Source: the human T2T-CHM13v2.0 reference genome, Homo sapiens
Length of the DNA stretch: 64,000 bases
Reading direction: 5' to 3' (one strand)
NCBI RefSeq assembly: GCF_009914755.1
Contig: NC_060935.1
Shown here: positions 47,721 through 62,335 of the stretch, one piece after another
Layout of the letters: each line of letters opens with the position of its first letter
Numbering within the stretch: the stretch's first letter is position 1
Translations under genes and position numbers: made by a program
Notes under the pieces: generated by a model
Database searches by the model: none
Seen by the model: only the letters and a program-made list of their open reading frames with translations
What the model was told of the DNA's origin: nothing

Positions 47721-50700
47721 TCAGAGTGCTGTGGCCAGTGGACCAGGAATATCTCAGCCCATCCAGCACAGCTGGTTCCAAACCTCAAGGGACAAGAGAA
47801 CAAAACCAGGGTCCTGGTACCAGGCCCTGTGTTAAAGAATGCAGACCAGGAGTGCTGAGCTGAGCTTTGGTCTCCTAAAATCTTTCAGACATCAACTCAG
47901 TTGACCAAGCCCACCTTCTACGACAATCAAACTTCCAAGGGTATCAAAGAAGACAAAAGCAAGGAACCTCATCCAAAGGACAGTAACTTCAAAGATTGAA
48001 GGAACATCTGCACACACAGGTAAGAAAGACCTAGGGCAAGCACTCTGGCAACTTGAAAAGCCAGAATGTCTTCTTACCTCCAAACACCGCAATAGTTCCC
48101 CAGCAATGGTTCTTAACCAGGCTAAAATGGCTGAAATGACAGAAATATAATTCAGAAGATGAATAGAAATAAAGATCATTGACATAAAGGAGAAAGCTGA
48201 AACCCAGTCTAAGGGATACAATGAAATGATATAGGAGATAAAAGATAAAATGGCTGTTTTAAGAAAGAATGAAACTGATCTGGTAGAGCTAAAACTCTCA
48301 TTTCAAGAATTTTATAATATAATTGCAAGTACCAATAGCAGAATTGACCAAGTTGAGGAAAGAATCTCAGAGCTCAAAGTCTAGTTTTGCAAAGTAATTC
48401 AGTATGACAAAAAAAGAAAGAAAAGAAAGAAGAATAAACAAAACCTCTAAGCAATATGGGATTATGTAAAGAGACCAAATCTATGACTCATCAGCATCCC
48501 TGAAAGAGAGGGACAGAAACCAAGCAACGTGGAAAACATATTTGAGGATCTTGTCCACAAAAATTTCCCCAACCTCGCTAGTGAGACCAAGATTCAAGTT
48601 CAGAAAATGCAGAGAACTTCTGCAAGATACTATACAATACGAACATCCCCAAGAGACATAGTCATCAGACTCTCCAAGGTCAAAATAAAAGAAAAAAATA
48701 TTAAAGCCATCTAGACAGAAGAGGCACATCACTTAAAAAGGGAATCCTATCAGCTAACAGCAAACTTTTCAGCAGAAATCCTACAAGCCAGAAGAAATCA
48801 AGGACCCATATTCAGCATTCTATAAGAAAAAAAAAATTTCAACCAAGAATTTTATATCCATCTAAACTAAGCTTTATAAGCAAAGGAGAAATAAGATTCT
48901 TTCCAGATAAACAAATGCTAAGGGAATTTGTTACCACCAGACCTGCCTTACAAAAGGGAATGCTAAATATGGAAAGTAAAGACCATTACCAGCCACCACA
49001 TAAACACACTTAAGTATATAGACCATTGCCACTGTAAAGCAATCACACAATTAAGCCTGCTAAATAACCAGCTAACAACATGGTGACAGGATCAAATTTG
49101 CACATATCAACATTAACCTTGAAGACAAATGGGCTAAATGCTGCAGTTAAAAGGCACAGAGTGGCAAGTTGGATAAAGAGGCAAGACTCAACTGCACGCT
49201 GTCTTCAAGAGAATCATCTCTCATACAATGACACCCATATGCTCAAAGTAAAGGGATAGAAAAATCCTACCAAAGAAATAGAAAACAGAAAAAAGCAGGA
49301 GTTGCTATTCTAATTTCAAACAAAACAGACTTTAAACCAACAGCAATAAAAAAAAGAACAGCGTTTCATAATGGTAAAGGGCTCAATTCAACAAGAAGAC
49401 CTAACTATCCTTAATATATATGCACCCAAAACAGAAGCACCCAGATTCATAAATCAAATTTTCAAGGACTTACACAGAGACTTAGATGGCCACACAATAA
49501 CAGTGGGAGACTTTAACATCCTACTGAATGTATTAGAAAGATCGTCAAAGTAGAAAACTGACAAAGATATTCAGGACCTGACCTCAACACTTGACCAAAT
49601 GAGCCTAAAGGATATCTACAGCACTCTCCACCTCAAAACAACAGAATATACATTCTTCTCATCTGCACATGGCACACACTCTAAAATTAGCCACACAGTT
49701 GGTTATAATACAATTGTCAGCATGTTCACAAAGTCCATAATTATACCAACTACACTCCTGGACCACAGCCCCCCCCAGAAATCGAAATCAATACTAAGAA
49801 GATTGCTCAAAACCATAAAGTGATATGAAAATTAAACGACCAGCTTCTGAATGACATTTGGGTAAATGATGACATTAAGGCAAAAGTCAAGAAGTTTTTG
49901 AAACAAATTAGAACAAAGCTAAAACATACCAGATTCTCTCAGACACAGCTAAAGCAATGTTAAGAGGAAAGTTTATAGGACTAAAAGCCTACATCAAAAA
50001 TTTAGAAAAATATTAAATTAACAACCTAACATTACACCTAGAGTAACTAAAGAAAAATAAACAAGAGCAAACCAACCCCAAAGCCAGCAGAAGACAAGAA
50101 ATAACCCAAATCAGAGCTGAACTGAATGAAGTTGAGATAAAAAAAAAAAAAAACATACAAAACATCAACAAATTCAGGAGCTTGTTCTTTGAAAGCATAG
50201 GTAACAATGATAAACCACTGTCAAGACTAATAAAGAAAAAAAGAGGGAATGTCCAAATAAACACAATCAGAAATGACAAATGGGACATGACCACTAACCC
50301 CACAGAAATACAAAAAAAAAAAAAAAAACCCATAGACTACTATGAACACCTCTGTGCACACAAACTAGAAATCCTAAAAGAAATGGATAAATTCCTGGAA
50401 ACATACAACCTCTCAATATTAAATCAGGAAAAAATGGAAACTAAACAGACCAACAATGAGTTTTAAAATTTAATTAGATATTAAAAAAACCCCTACCAAC
50501 CAGAAAAAGCCCAGGATCAGATGTATTCATAGCCAAATTCTACCCCATGTACAAAGAAGAGCTGGTACCATTCCTACAGAAGCTATTCCAAAAAATTGAG
50601 GAGGGACTGGTCCTGAGCTCATTCTATGAGGTCAGCATCATCCTGATACCCAAACCTGGCAGAAATACAAAAAATAAAAATAAAACTTCAGGCCAATATT

Positions 50701-51120
50701 TCTGATGAAGATAATGGCAAAAATCCACAATAAAATACTAGCATTCTGAATCCAGCAGCTAATGTACTATGATCAACAAGTAGGCTTTATCCCTGGGATG
50801 CAAGTTTGGTTCAACATAAATAAATTGATAAATGTGATTCATCATCTAAACAGAACTAAAGCAAAACACACTGGATCATCTCAATAGATGCATAAAAGGC
50901 TTTTGATAATATTCAAAATTCCTTCATGTTAAAAATCCCTCAACAAAGTAGCCATCCTAGGAACACACCTCAAAATAATAAGATCCATCTATGACATACC
51001 TACAGACAACATGATGATACTGAATAAACAAAAGCTGGAAGCATTTCCCTTGAGAACCTGAACAAGACAAGATGGCTTTCTCACCACTCCTATTCAATAT
51101 AGTACTACAAGTCCTGGCAA

Positions 51121-51396
51121 TCAGGCAAGAGAAGAAATTTAAAAAGGCATCCAAATAGAAAGAGAGGAAGTCAAAATATCCCCGTTTGCAGACAGTATGA
51201 GTCGCATAGAAAACCCTGTGGTCTCTGCCCAAAAGTTCCTTGACCTGATAAACAACTTCAGGCAAGAGAAGAAATAAAAAAGGCATCCAAATAGGACGAG
51301 AGGAAGTGAAACTATTTCTGTTTGCAGAAAATATGATTTTATACCTAAAAAACCCCATGGTCTCTGCCAAAAAGCTCCGTAATCTGATAAACAACT
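51121..51396 (+). repeat. ~138-bp tandem duplication of the RT catalytic region within L1
   Basis: tcaggcaagagaagaaat...ctgataaacaact occurs at 51121-51257 and again at 51258-51396. Confidence 0.92.
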
Positions 51397-51760
51397 TCAG
51401 CAAAGTTTCAGGATACAAAATCAATGCACAAAAATCAGTAGCATTTCAATACACCAACAATATCCAAGCTGAGAGCCAAATCAAGAACACAATCCCATTC
51501 ACAATAGCCACAAATAAAATAAAATACCTAGGAATACAGCTAAGTAGGAGGCAAAAGGATCTGTATAACAAGAATTGCAAATCACTTCTCAAAGAAATCA
51601 GAGAAGACACCAACAAATGGAAAAACATTCCATGCTCATAAGGATAGGAAGAATCAATATTGTTAAAATGGCCATACTGAACAAAGAAATTCATAGCTTT
51701 GATGCTCTTCCTGTCAAACTACCAATGACACTCTTCACAGAAATAGAAAAAACTCTTTTA

Positions 51761-52740
<980 letters not shown>

Positions 52741-53173
52741 GACTATTCAATAGATGGTGCTGGGATAACTGGCTAACCATATGCAGAGACTAAAACTGGA
52801 CCTCTTTGTTACACCATATATAAAAATCAACTCAAGATGGATTAAAGACTTAAATGTAAAACTCAAAACTATATAAACCCTGGAAGATAATCCAGGAGAT
52901 ACCATTCTGGATAGAGGTCCTGGCAAAGATTTCATGACAAAGATGACAAAACAAATTGCAACAAAACCAAAAATTGACAAATAGGACCTAATTAAACTAA
53001 AAAGCTTCTGCAAGCAAAGGAAACTATTAACAGAGTAAACAGACAACCTACAGAATGGAAGAAAATATTTGCAAACCATATATTCTACAAAGGTCTAATA
53101 TCCAGCATCTATAAGGAACTTAAACAAATGAAGAAGCAAAAACAAAAAATCCCACTGAAAAGTGGGCAAAGGA

Positions 53174-53291
53174 GATATACCTAATGCTAGATGACGAGTT
53201 AGTGGGTGCAGTGCACCAGCATGGCACACGTATACATATGTAACTAACCTGCACATTGTGCACATGTAGCCTAAAACTTAAATAATAAAAA
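53174..53291 (+). mobile_element. L1PA2/3 3' tip (about 120 bp)
   Basis: gatatacctaatgctagatgacgagttagtgggtgcag...taactaacctgcacattgtg; perfect 16-bp TSD aaaagtgggcaaagga (53158-53173 / 53292-53307). Confidence 0.93.
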
Positions 53292-54140
53292 AAAAGTGGG
53301 CAAAGGACATGAACAAACATTTTCAAAAGAAGATATATACATGGCCAATAAGCATAAAAAAATGTTCAACATCATTTATCACAGAAATGGAAATCAAAAC
53401 CAAAATGAGATACAATCTCACACCAGCCAGAATGGTTATTATTAAAAAGTCAAAAAAAAAAAAACCCAGATGCTGGCAAGATTGTGTAGAAAAAGGCATG
53501 CTTATACACTGATAGTGGGAATATAAACTAGTTCAGCCACTGTGGAAAGTAGGGTAGCAGTTTTCCAGAGAGCTTAAAACAGAATTACTCTTCCACCCGG
53601 AAATCCCATTATTGGGTATATACCCAAAGGAATATAAATCATTCTGTTAATACCATAAGGACACACATATGTATATGTTCATCATAGCACTACTCATAAG
53701 AGCAAAGACATGGAATCAACCTAAATGCCCGTCAATGGTAGACTGGATACAGAAAATGTGGTACATATACACCATGGAATACTACACAGGCAGAGAAAAA
53801 GAATGAGATCATGTCCTTTGCGGCTGCATGGATGGATCTGGAGGCCATTATTCTATGTGAACTAACAGAGGAAGAGACAATAAAGTACTTCATGTTCTGA
53901 GTTATAAGTGGGAGTTAAACATTGAGCACACATGGACACAAACAGGGGAACAACAGACACCTGGGCCTGCTTGAGGATGTATGGTGGGAAGAGAGAGGAG
54001 GTAAAGAAACTAGTTATCAGGTACTATGCTTATTAAATGGGTGATGAAATAATGTATTTAGCAAACCCCTGTGTCACACAATTTACCTATATAACATACC
54101 TGCACATATACCACTGAATCTAAAATAATTGTTTAAAAAA

Positions 54141-54190
54141 TTATACATTCTGTGCTATCCTGTTATAGCAGCACAAAATAAATGAAGACA
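54141..54190 (+). mobile_element. Displaced end of the MST 3' LTR
   Basis: tatcctgttatagcagcacaaaataaatgaagaca matches the end of the 5' LTR (tattctgttatagcagcacaaaac, 44296-44319). Confidence 0.88.
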
Positions 54191-55219
54191 ACTGGAAACC
54201 CTAAGCTAAGGAAAGCTTCTCTTGCTGGTCATAGACTTCAAGGTCAAAATAGTTACCAGATAAAAAGGGGGTGAGCACATATTGATGAAAATTACAATTT
54301 TCCAGGAAGATAAAGTAATTATAATGTTTAAGCTTATATGGGCACATATTAACATTTATTCAGCATATATAAAGCAAAAATGTACAGGCTACAATGAAAT
54401 TGTAACAAATCTACCATTATAGTAAGAAATTTAAACAGACCTATCTCAGGTATTGACATGAAAAGCAGATCAAAACTAGCAATGTTATAGAAATTGTAAA
54501 CACAATGAACATGAATGTCCTAATAAACATATTAAGAACATTTATCCAATTATTGGATAATTCTGGATAATTCTTTTTGACATGCAAGGAACATTTTCAC
54601 AAATTTATCACATACTAGGCCAAAAAGTCTTTAAATATTTCCAAAAGTACCACAGACTACCTTCTCTCACAAGAAGGAAAATAATGTAGCTATTAGTAAT
54701 AAAAGGAAAATTAAGACAATTTCATACATTTGACAGTTTAAAAGCAAACTTCTAAATACCTCCTAGGTCAAAGAATACTTTATAATAGAAAGTAAAAAAA
54801 TACTTAGAACTAAATGATAATGAGAATATAAGATAAGTTACGTGGGCTGCAGTTAGAGTACCAGAAAACTTCAGTGCCCTACAACTACTAAAGAAGTCAA
54901 ATCAATATTTTAAAAGCCTCCTCATAAATAGAACACCAAATACAAATAGTTCTATAAGAAAATATAACAAATGTTATCATCAAATTTTAATTGTATATAA
55001 ACTTTTTCATAGGTATAACAAAGAGGAAACTTTCCTTAACTCTTTTAAAGCAGTCATTTTTAGCCTTGATAGCTAATGCAGATATGAGTATAAAAAAGGG
55101 GGAACTTTCCAAACAATTAGATGCAAAAATCTTAAACTATTTAGAAACCTGATTACAACTTTGTATTTTAAAAAAGACATTATGACCAAGGCACATCAAT
55201 TCCAGGAATAGAATATATC

Positions 55220-55612
55220 CTTATGATCTTTATATCTTCCAGCTTCCATCATTTGTGTAGAAAATTCAGTTATTAGTCTTTTATTGCTATTATGAAAGCA
55301 ATGTTGTTTTTTTTTGGGTGCTTTAAGTAATTGGTCCTTGTCCTTGGCTTTCAGGAGTTCACTATGAGCCAAAATGGGATTTATTTTGCATGTATCTTTT
55401 CTAGTTTCTTCAGAATTTCTTGATTTTGTGGGTTAGTTTTAGAAAGTTTTTGGTTATTATCTCTTCAAATATTCCTTCTTCCCCTATTCCTTGTCTCCAT
55501 TCTTTCTGATACTTCAATTACATGCATGTTACACATTTTTAAAACTATGTCATATATATTTTATGCTCTTTTTTGCATTTATCTTTTCTTTTTTTGTGTG
55601 CTTCAGTTAGCA
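55220..55612 (-). mobile_element. Inverted old L1M ORF1-region fragment
   Basis: Abrupt switch to a T-rich strand; gaaagtttttggttattatctcttcaaatatt is an L1M ORF1 antisense motif. Confidence 0.65.
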
Positions 55613-55617
55613 TATTT

Positions 55618-55818
55618 ACTCCTGGGAGGGGAATACCTGAAGGCTTGTGCCTTATTTCTCCTGAACTTCACCCCATGTGCCTTTTCTCTTTGTTTATTGT
55701 TATCTGTGTCTTTTTGTTATAATAAACTGTGACCATCAATATAACCACTTCTAAGTCCTGAGAGTCCTTCTAGTGGGTCATCAAGCTTGAGGAGGTTCTC
55801 AGAGACTCCCAACATGAC
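55618..55818 (+). mobile_element. MER21-like LTR 3' fragment
   Basis: gaaggcttgtgcc...acttcaccccatgtgccttttctctttg...taataaa...agtcctgagagtccttctagtg. Confidence 0.7.
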
Positions 55819-58028
55819 AACACTTACAAAAGCAACAAAACTAAAAAGTATCCTAGAATATATCTAAAAAAAGATGTGTGATACCTCTAGATAAAAAATC
55901 ATGAACTTTTCATAAAAACATTAAACAATAATAAAGATATTTCTTTATCTTTATTTTGCAGATAAAATAACACAGATATTTCACATTCATGGATAAGAAA
56001 ACTCAGTCCTAACAATGTCAAACTGAAAAGTTTTTTATGGAAATTTTTATCAAAATCCTAGCAGAATTTTAAATAAACTTCATGATTCTGAGTTTCATAT
56101 GGAAAAATAAAGGGCTGAGAATAGAATATCCGAAAGGATTAATATGTTGGGGGAATTTGGCACACCAAATATCAAGAGTTATTATAATCCAATAGCAATT
56201 AAGGTGGGAAGATACTGATGCGAGGAAGGATAAATTGTTTAATGGAGCAAGAATTGAGGACTCACATGTATATGGAAGATAATTCTAATTTGATTAATAA
56301 TTTAAATGTAAAAGTCAAAACTTCAAAACTTTTAAAAGAAAATATTAGAATGTTTGTAGAGAAGGGTTTCTAAATAAACATCTAAAACATAAGAAAATGT
56401 TGATAAGTCTACTTCATGAAAATGAAAAACTTCTGTTCATCACAGTATAGCAAGAGAGTAACAATGTGAACCATAATGCCACACCTATGATTAATAAAGA
56501 ACCGGTTTCCAGAATGCATAAACAACCACTAGAACTATGTAAAATCGGTTAGAAGATAGCCATCCCAATAGATGAAATGGGCAACAAAAGAATAGACATT
56601 TCACAATGAACATATGAATTTATGACCAATCTCATTATTAACCAGAGAAATGCATAAGACAGTGAGATACCATTTCATAACAATGAAAAAATTAAATTAC
56701 CTAAAATAAGATGTTCTAGAGAAGATGTAGATCAATAGGAACACATTTTTGGTGGAAGAGTAAATTGGAAAGCCACTCTGGAGAACAGTTTCATGATAAT
56801 GTGTCAAGTTGAACATTTGAATACTCTGAGACTCAACAATTCCACGATTAGGTATATAGCCTATAGAATCCTTGTACCCATGTACCAGGAGTCATATATG
56901 AGTCTTCCTTGCCAGACTGTGCATAATAATGAAAATTTGGATCAATGTAAATATTCATTGATTGGAAAATAGATATATAACTAGAGTTATAACTTGCAGT
57001 ATCACATGATGGAATATCACAGAGCTATATCCACCAACATGGATGATTCTTAGAAAGCTAATTTTGCGTGGAAAAAGGTTACATCCATGGTGACTACAAA
57101 CAAATATAATAAAGCTCAAAACAAGCGAAATGAAACCATCTATTGTTTAGGCATAAATACACAAATGGATAAGCATTTCTAAAGGAAAGAATTGATAAAC
57201 ACAAAATATGCAATGATTGTTACCCCAGGTAAAGGGAGAAAAACGCATCTGGACACAAATACACAAGATCACCATTAAGGTTCTTTTCCTTTTGCTGGTT
57301 GGAAAATACGTAAGTGTTTGTTTTAACGTTATGTTCTAAATTGTACATGTGTTTTTATATATACTCTTTTTTTAGTAGGATATATTTAAAATAAATGAAG
57401 CAAAGTATTTTCATAACAACAATTAAAACGATTAAATGTAGCTAGTTTTTACAATAATGAACAAATCTCCAGAACAAATAACTACATTATGAATTAGGGA
57501 AATGTCTATGTTTCTATTGTCTCATTTATTTTGTACCATTATGATATTCTGACTTATTTTTTTAAGTTTTATTTTTAATTTCTGTTTCTCCAATTCACCA
57601 ATCCTTTCATGTTCTGACACTTATAATTATGGCCTAAGATGTATTTCGTTTACAAACTATTATTCTTCCAGATAGAAATATATGTGCAAATTGCCTTCCA
57701 AATTACTATTCAGACATTTTTCATAATCTGTTCACTAACTTTGAAGCTTGCATTATTTAAATGCCTTAAGCCAAAGACTTTTTTTTGGCAAAGTCTTTTA
57801 TAACAAAAGATAGCTTTATCAAGCAAAACAATTACAAGGATCCAAGGCTCAAAGACATAACCAGATAAGTCTGTTGATGTCATTGCCTGGCGCCCCCCGC
57901 AAGTGGCAACGGACTTCACAAATGAGATAGTGGGTGGTTCCTAAGCACTATTTCCAAACTCCCTCCCACATGACAGGATTTAGTTATTTGCCGAGGAAGA
58001 TATGCAGTAAAATATTAAAGTCACATGG

Positions 58029-58320
<292 letters not shown>

Positions 58321-59719
58321 TCACATGGATACATTCATTTTTTTTAGAACACATACACATATCTAAGCTGACTCAGTGACTTCCCTCTTTGCTACATAAG
58401 ACAGGAAAAAATTTTAGGTAATACTCACAATAAGATCTCTTTGTGATTTGATGTTTCGCAAAAGATTCAGGGAAGGAAGCTATTATAAGAAGTTTTGTCT
58501 GAAGAGTGGTCACTGGGAGGCTCTGCAATTCACCAAGAACACCTGCTTCAGTGACCCTGATTCAATTTACTCACTGGCTCTCTAACTAGAAACAGATGCT
58601 GAGATTGCAGGAGTCACGCAGCAGATGCACTCACTACTACTCTTAAGCTTTCTGAAAGAACAAGAGTTCAGACACTTGTCCTTCTTTGAATTACTGTCTT
58701 GTTTGGCATAATAATTATTTAGCAAAATCATCAGGGTAGTATAATATCCTAATATTTGGCTATTCGGCAAGATACATGGCAGTGTGCCAGGGATATAAAA
58801 ACCCACAGAATAAACATAGCACATTATCCAGGAGTTTTAACTTCATGCCAAAATTTGGAGGTAAATATTTTCATAATTTAATCTGAAAGACATTTAAATT
58901 ATTTTTGCAGTAAAACAAATACATTGTGGAAGGGTAGTCACAATTTGCATGCTTTTTAAAAGTGAACATTTCAGGTTTTAAACAAATTTCACATTTTTAT
59001 CCAATCCCCTTGGTGATGTGTTTCTAGAACCCTTAAGACATCTTTTATGGTTACTTCTTGGGCTTTGATGGAAGAAGTTCAAGACTTGCTTCCCTAAATT
59101 ATTCCAGGATTAGAAGAGACTAGAATTTTCTCAGGGATGTATCTGTCTCAGAACATAAAGGGAAGGGCCAGAGCACCCCAGAGGGTTGACCCTAATGGAG
59201 ATCAACTTGCTACTTACTGTAAAATAAGTGTTAGGTTCTTTCTTTTTCTTCACTAGTAATCATTTCACTTCCAAAAGGCTGTGCACCTTTGCTGATGAAA
59301 AATTAGCAGGAGTTCAGAGAGAAGCCTTTTACTTGAGTGGGCATGGAGAAAAGGAAGTCTTTTTTATTCATTGAGGTCATGACATTAACAGCTCTTCTTA
59401 GCAACTGCATCATTCCACAGAGAAGTGGGCCTTTGAGAAGCGGGCAAGGCAATCAGTGAAATATTCTGTGTGGAGAGAGGGGTGGTTGGTTTCAATAGAG
59501 TAGAGATAAGGAAAGAGTTTATTTGGGAGAACCAAAGGTTATCACATGGCAGAGAATAGGGAGATATGGTCAGTAATTGGTCAGTGTCAGGAACAGGTGA
59601 CAAAGACGAATTGCAACCAACTATAGACCAATGGATAGAGAAGACTGGCATACTGAAAGAGGAGAACTAGCAAATTACTCAGGGCAAATAAAAATGGTTT
59701 GGGGCCAATGTTGAAGTAG

Positions 59720-59880
59720 TGTTGCCTGTGTCTCAGTTTCCTCATCTATAAAAATGAATAATACCACCTTTCAGGACCAGGGCCATGTGGGTTTAAAGAG
59801 TTAATTCAAGTTATCTGAGACAGTGTCTGGTATCAAGGAGACACTCCATTAATGGCAGTGACTCTTATCATTATTGCTAT
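59720..59880 (+). mobile_element. MIR SINE fragment
   Basis: ctgtgtctcagtttcctcatctataaaa core. Confidence 0.8.
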
Positions 59881-60433
59881 TTACTTGTATCAAACCAATG
59901 TAGACCTCTATGTGGCAAAATAAACCCAAGTATTTACTGATTCATGCAGTCAAAAGTGTGGAAATTCAACATTCAATAAGACACTACCTGTGAGCCACTA
60001 GCGTGCTCTGTATAAAATCCTCTGCGGTAGGGACCAGTTTACCAAGTCTTGCACGGCATAGTCTGCAGCCACAAACACAAAAACCAGAAGAAGGTTTCTT
60101 CTCCTTTCTTCTTCTTACCTGCTCAGTCTGTAAGAGACTTCCAGCAATCACCCCTACTCACCCCTAGGGCATTATATATATTATTCCTCATAATTTCCAA
60201 ATACCTAACAATGATTTTATCTACAACAAAGTCTCCTATTTACTAAGTTACCTACCCATTAACTATACAGCCTTGTAATCTCCTTGCCAAGCTGAAGGGC
60301 TGCTGCATTTCTAATGGCTCACACCTGCTTTGCATTTGTTTCCAGTTTCAGATCATGTCACTCTTTCGATATTTTCCTCCAGTCACAAGGATGGCTTTCT
60401 AAGCCCAGATTTGTGAGCAAAATGTTCTTAGGC

Positions 60434-60599
60434 CAGTACTTCTTGAACTATAATGTGCATAATAATTACATGGAGATCTAGTTAAAATGCAAATTGTGAT
60501 GCAATAGATCTAGAGTAGGGCCTGCAAGTCTGCAGTTCTAACAAGCTCTGTGGGGATGTTGATACTGCTGGTCCTCAGATGACAGTTTGAAGGGCGAGG
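60434..60599. mobile_element. MER5B-like hAT element
   Basis: cagtacttcttgaactataatgtgcat...gatctagttaaaatgcaaatt...ttctaacaagctc...gctggtcc. Confidence 0.8.
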
Positions 60600-61813
60600 C
60601 CCTATACTATAAGGAAGCAGGGTGCACTGTGACTGCTTACTCACTTTTTGCATTTTACAACATCAGGGAGCAGCTCAGCAAAGCGCCTCCATTGGTCCCC
60701 CAAAAGAGTCCTAGCTAGTTGTAATGTTTAATGAGTATTTAAAGACCCCAAAGTCCCCGCAAACTCATGCTGCAGTGGTTTCTGGATGCACACTGGGTCG
60801 GTTAAATCAGTGTGTATGAGGATTTTGCTAATTGCTGAGGTCAGCTCTCATACCTGTTTACAGGGAAAATGGCATGTATATTTTATAAAAGCACATTGAA
60901 TTATGTATCTGCAATTACAAAAGATTAAAGAGAAAGTCAACTCCAAAGAAAATTGTTTGTTAGCTGCTAAGAATTTAGTTGACTCCTATCCTCATTCTTC
61001 ATCTCTTTTATCTTTCTGGAAAACTTGCCCAGCCAACCACAAAATGACCCTGTGATAATCAGCTCTCAACAGGGCAGGGAGACAAGCATTCCCCTCTGTA
61101 CAAAATACCTTTGTTGCAAAGGTATTTATTTGAAATCTGTCTTTGCTGTTTTCACGTCAACCCTGAAGTTATCTTCCAGAAGAGTGTATGTACATTTTAA
61201 TCAGCATTATCTCAAGAGGAAATGCTGTACTCTAATTAATGGTTCAAGCAATTGTGCTAAGCATAACAATTGCTTGACAGTCATAGCTTGTGTTAACTGT
61301 ATAATTGCTGTTTGTGCCTTGCTTATTCAAAAGTCATATTATTATTATCTCCAGATAGTCAGCATTTACTTCCAGCATTCAGAGCATAAGCAAAGTGGTG
61401 CCATACAAGTCAGCACTATTTTTTAATATGCTGCATTGCAGCATCTCAACTACCAGTGTAGGGAGGGCGTGGTCATGCCTGCTTGGTGTTTGCTCTGTGT
61501 AACAGAGATTAAGATGATGACAGGTTTCATTTTGTGATGCTTTAGAGAATTGTAACATATTAAAGGAAAAACATGGAGTGGCCAATATATTCTGTAAGAC
61601 ACAAGATTTGCCCTATCTCCATTCTTATTCTCTTTATATTTCAGCCTCACCTGAGATAAACTACCTATAGCGTCTACTGAATATACATGCAGAAAGAATA
61701 TTGAAACATAAAACATCAGAAGGAAATATCACTTTCCAGTGTTGTACTCAGCCCTATTGGAACTTGAGGCAAAAGGTTATTCAGTAACACTGACACTGTC
61801 TTTAAAATTGTGA

Positions 61814-62054
61814 CTCCTTCCTCCCTTCCTTCCTTCCGCCCTCCCTCCCTTCCTCCCTTCCTTCCTCCCTCCCTCCTTCCCTCCTTCCCTCCCTCTCTCT
61901 CTTTCTTTCCTTCTTTCTTTTTTCTTTCTCTTTCTTTCTTTTTCTTTCTCTTTCTTTCTTCTTTCTTCCTTTTTCTTTCTCTTTCTTTCTTCTTTCTTTC
62001 TCTTTCCCTTTCTTTCTTTCCTTCCTTCCTTCCTTCTTTCTTTCTTTCTTTCTT
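61814..62054. repeat. ~240-bp homopyrimidine tract, (TTCC/TCCC)n-(TTTC)n, expanded Alu tail
   Basis: Only one purine (G61838) in the tract; contiguous with the Alu. Confidence 0.95.

Positions 62055-62335
<281 letters not shown>

Larger units (their letters stand above)
54191..57400 (+). mobile_element. Old L1M (L1ME-like), part 2: decayed ORF2 to 3' end, interrupted at about 55220-55818
   Basis: Endonuclease-like continuation (atagacttcaaggtcaaaatagttaccagataaaaag), RT motifs (agatgcaaaaatcttaaac) and an L1ME-type 3' end. Confidence 0.7.

Noticed and set aside
60113-60124. Strong - strand donor CAG|GTAAGA
   Set aside because: No convincing matching acceptor on the - strand within exon distance.
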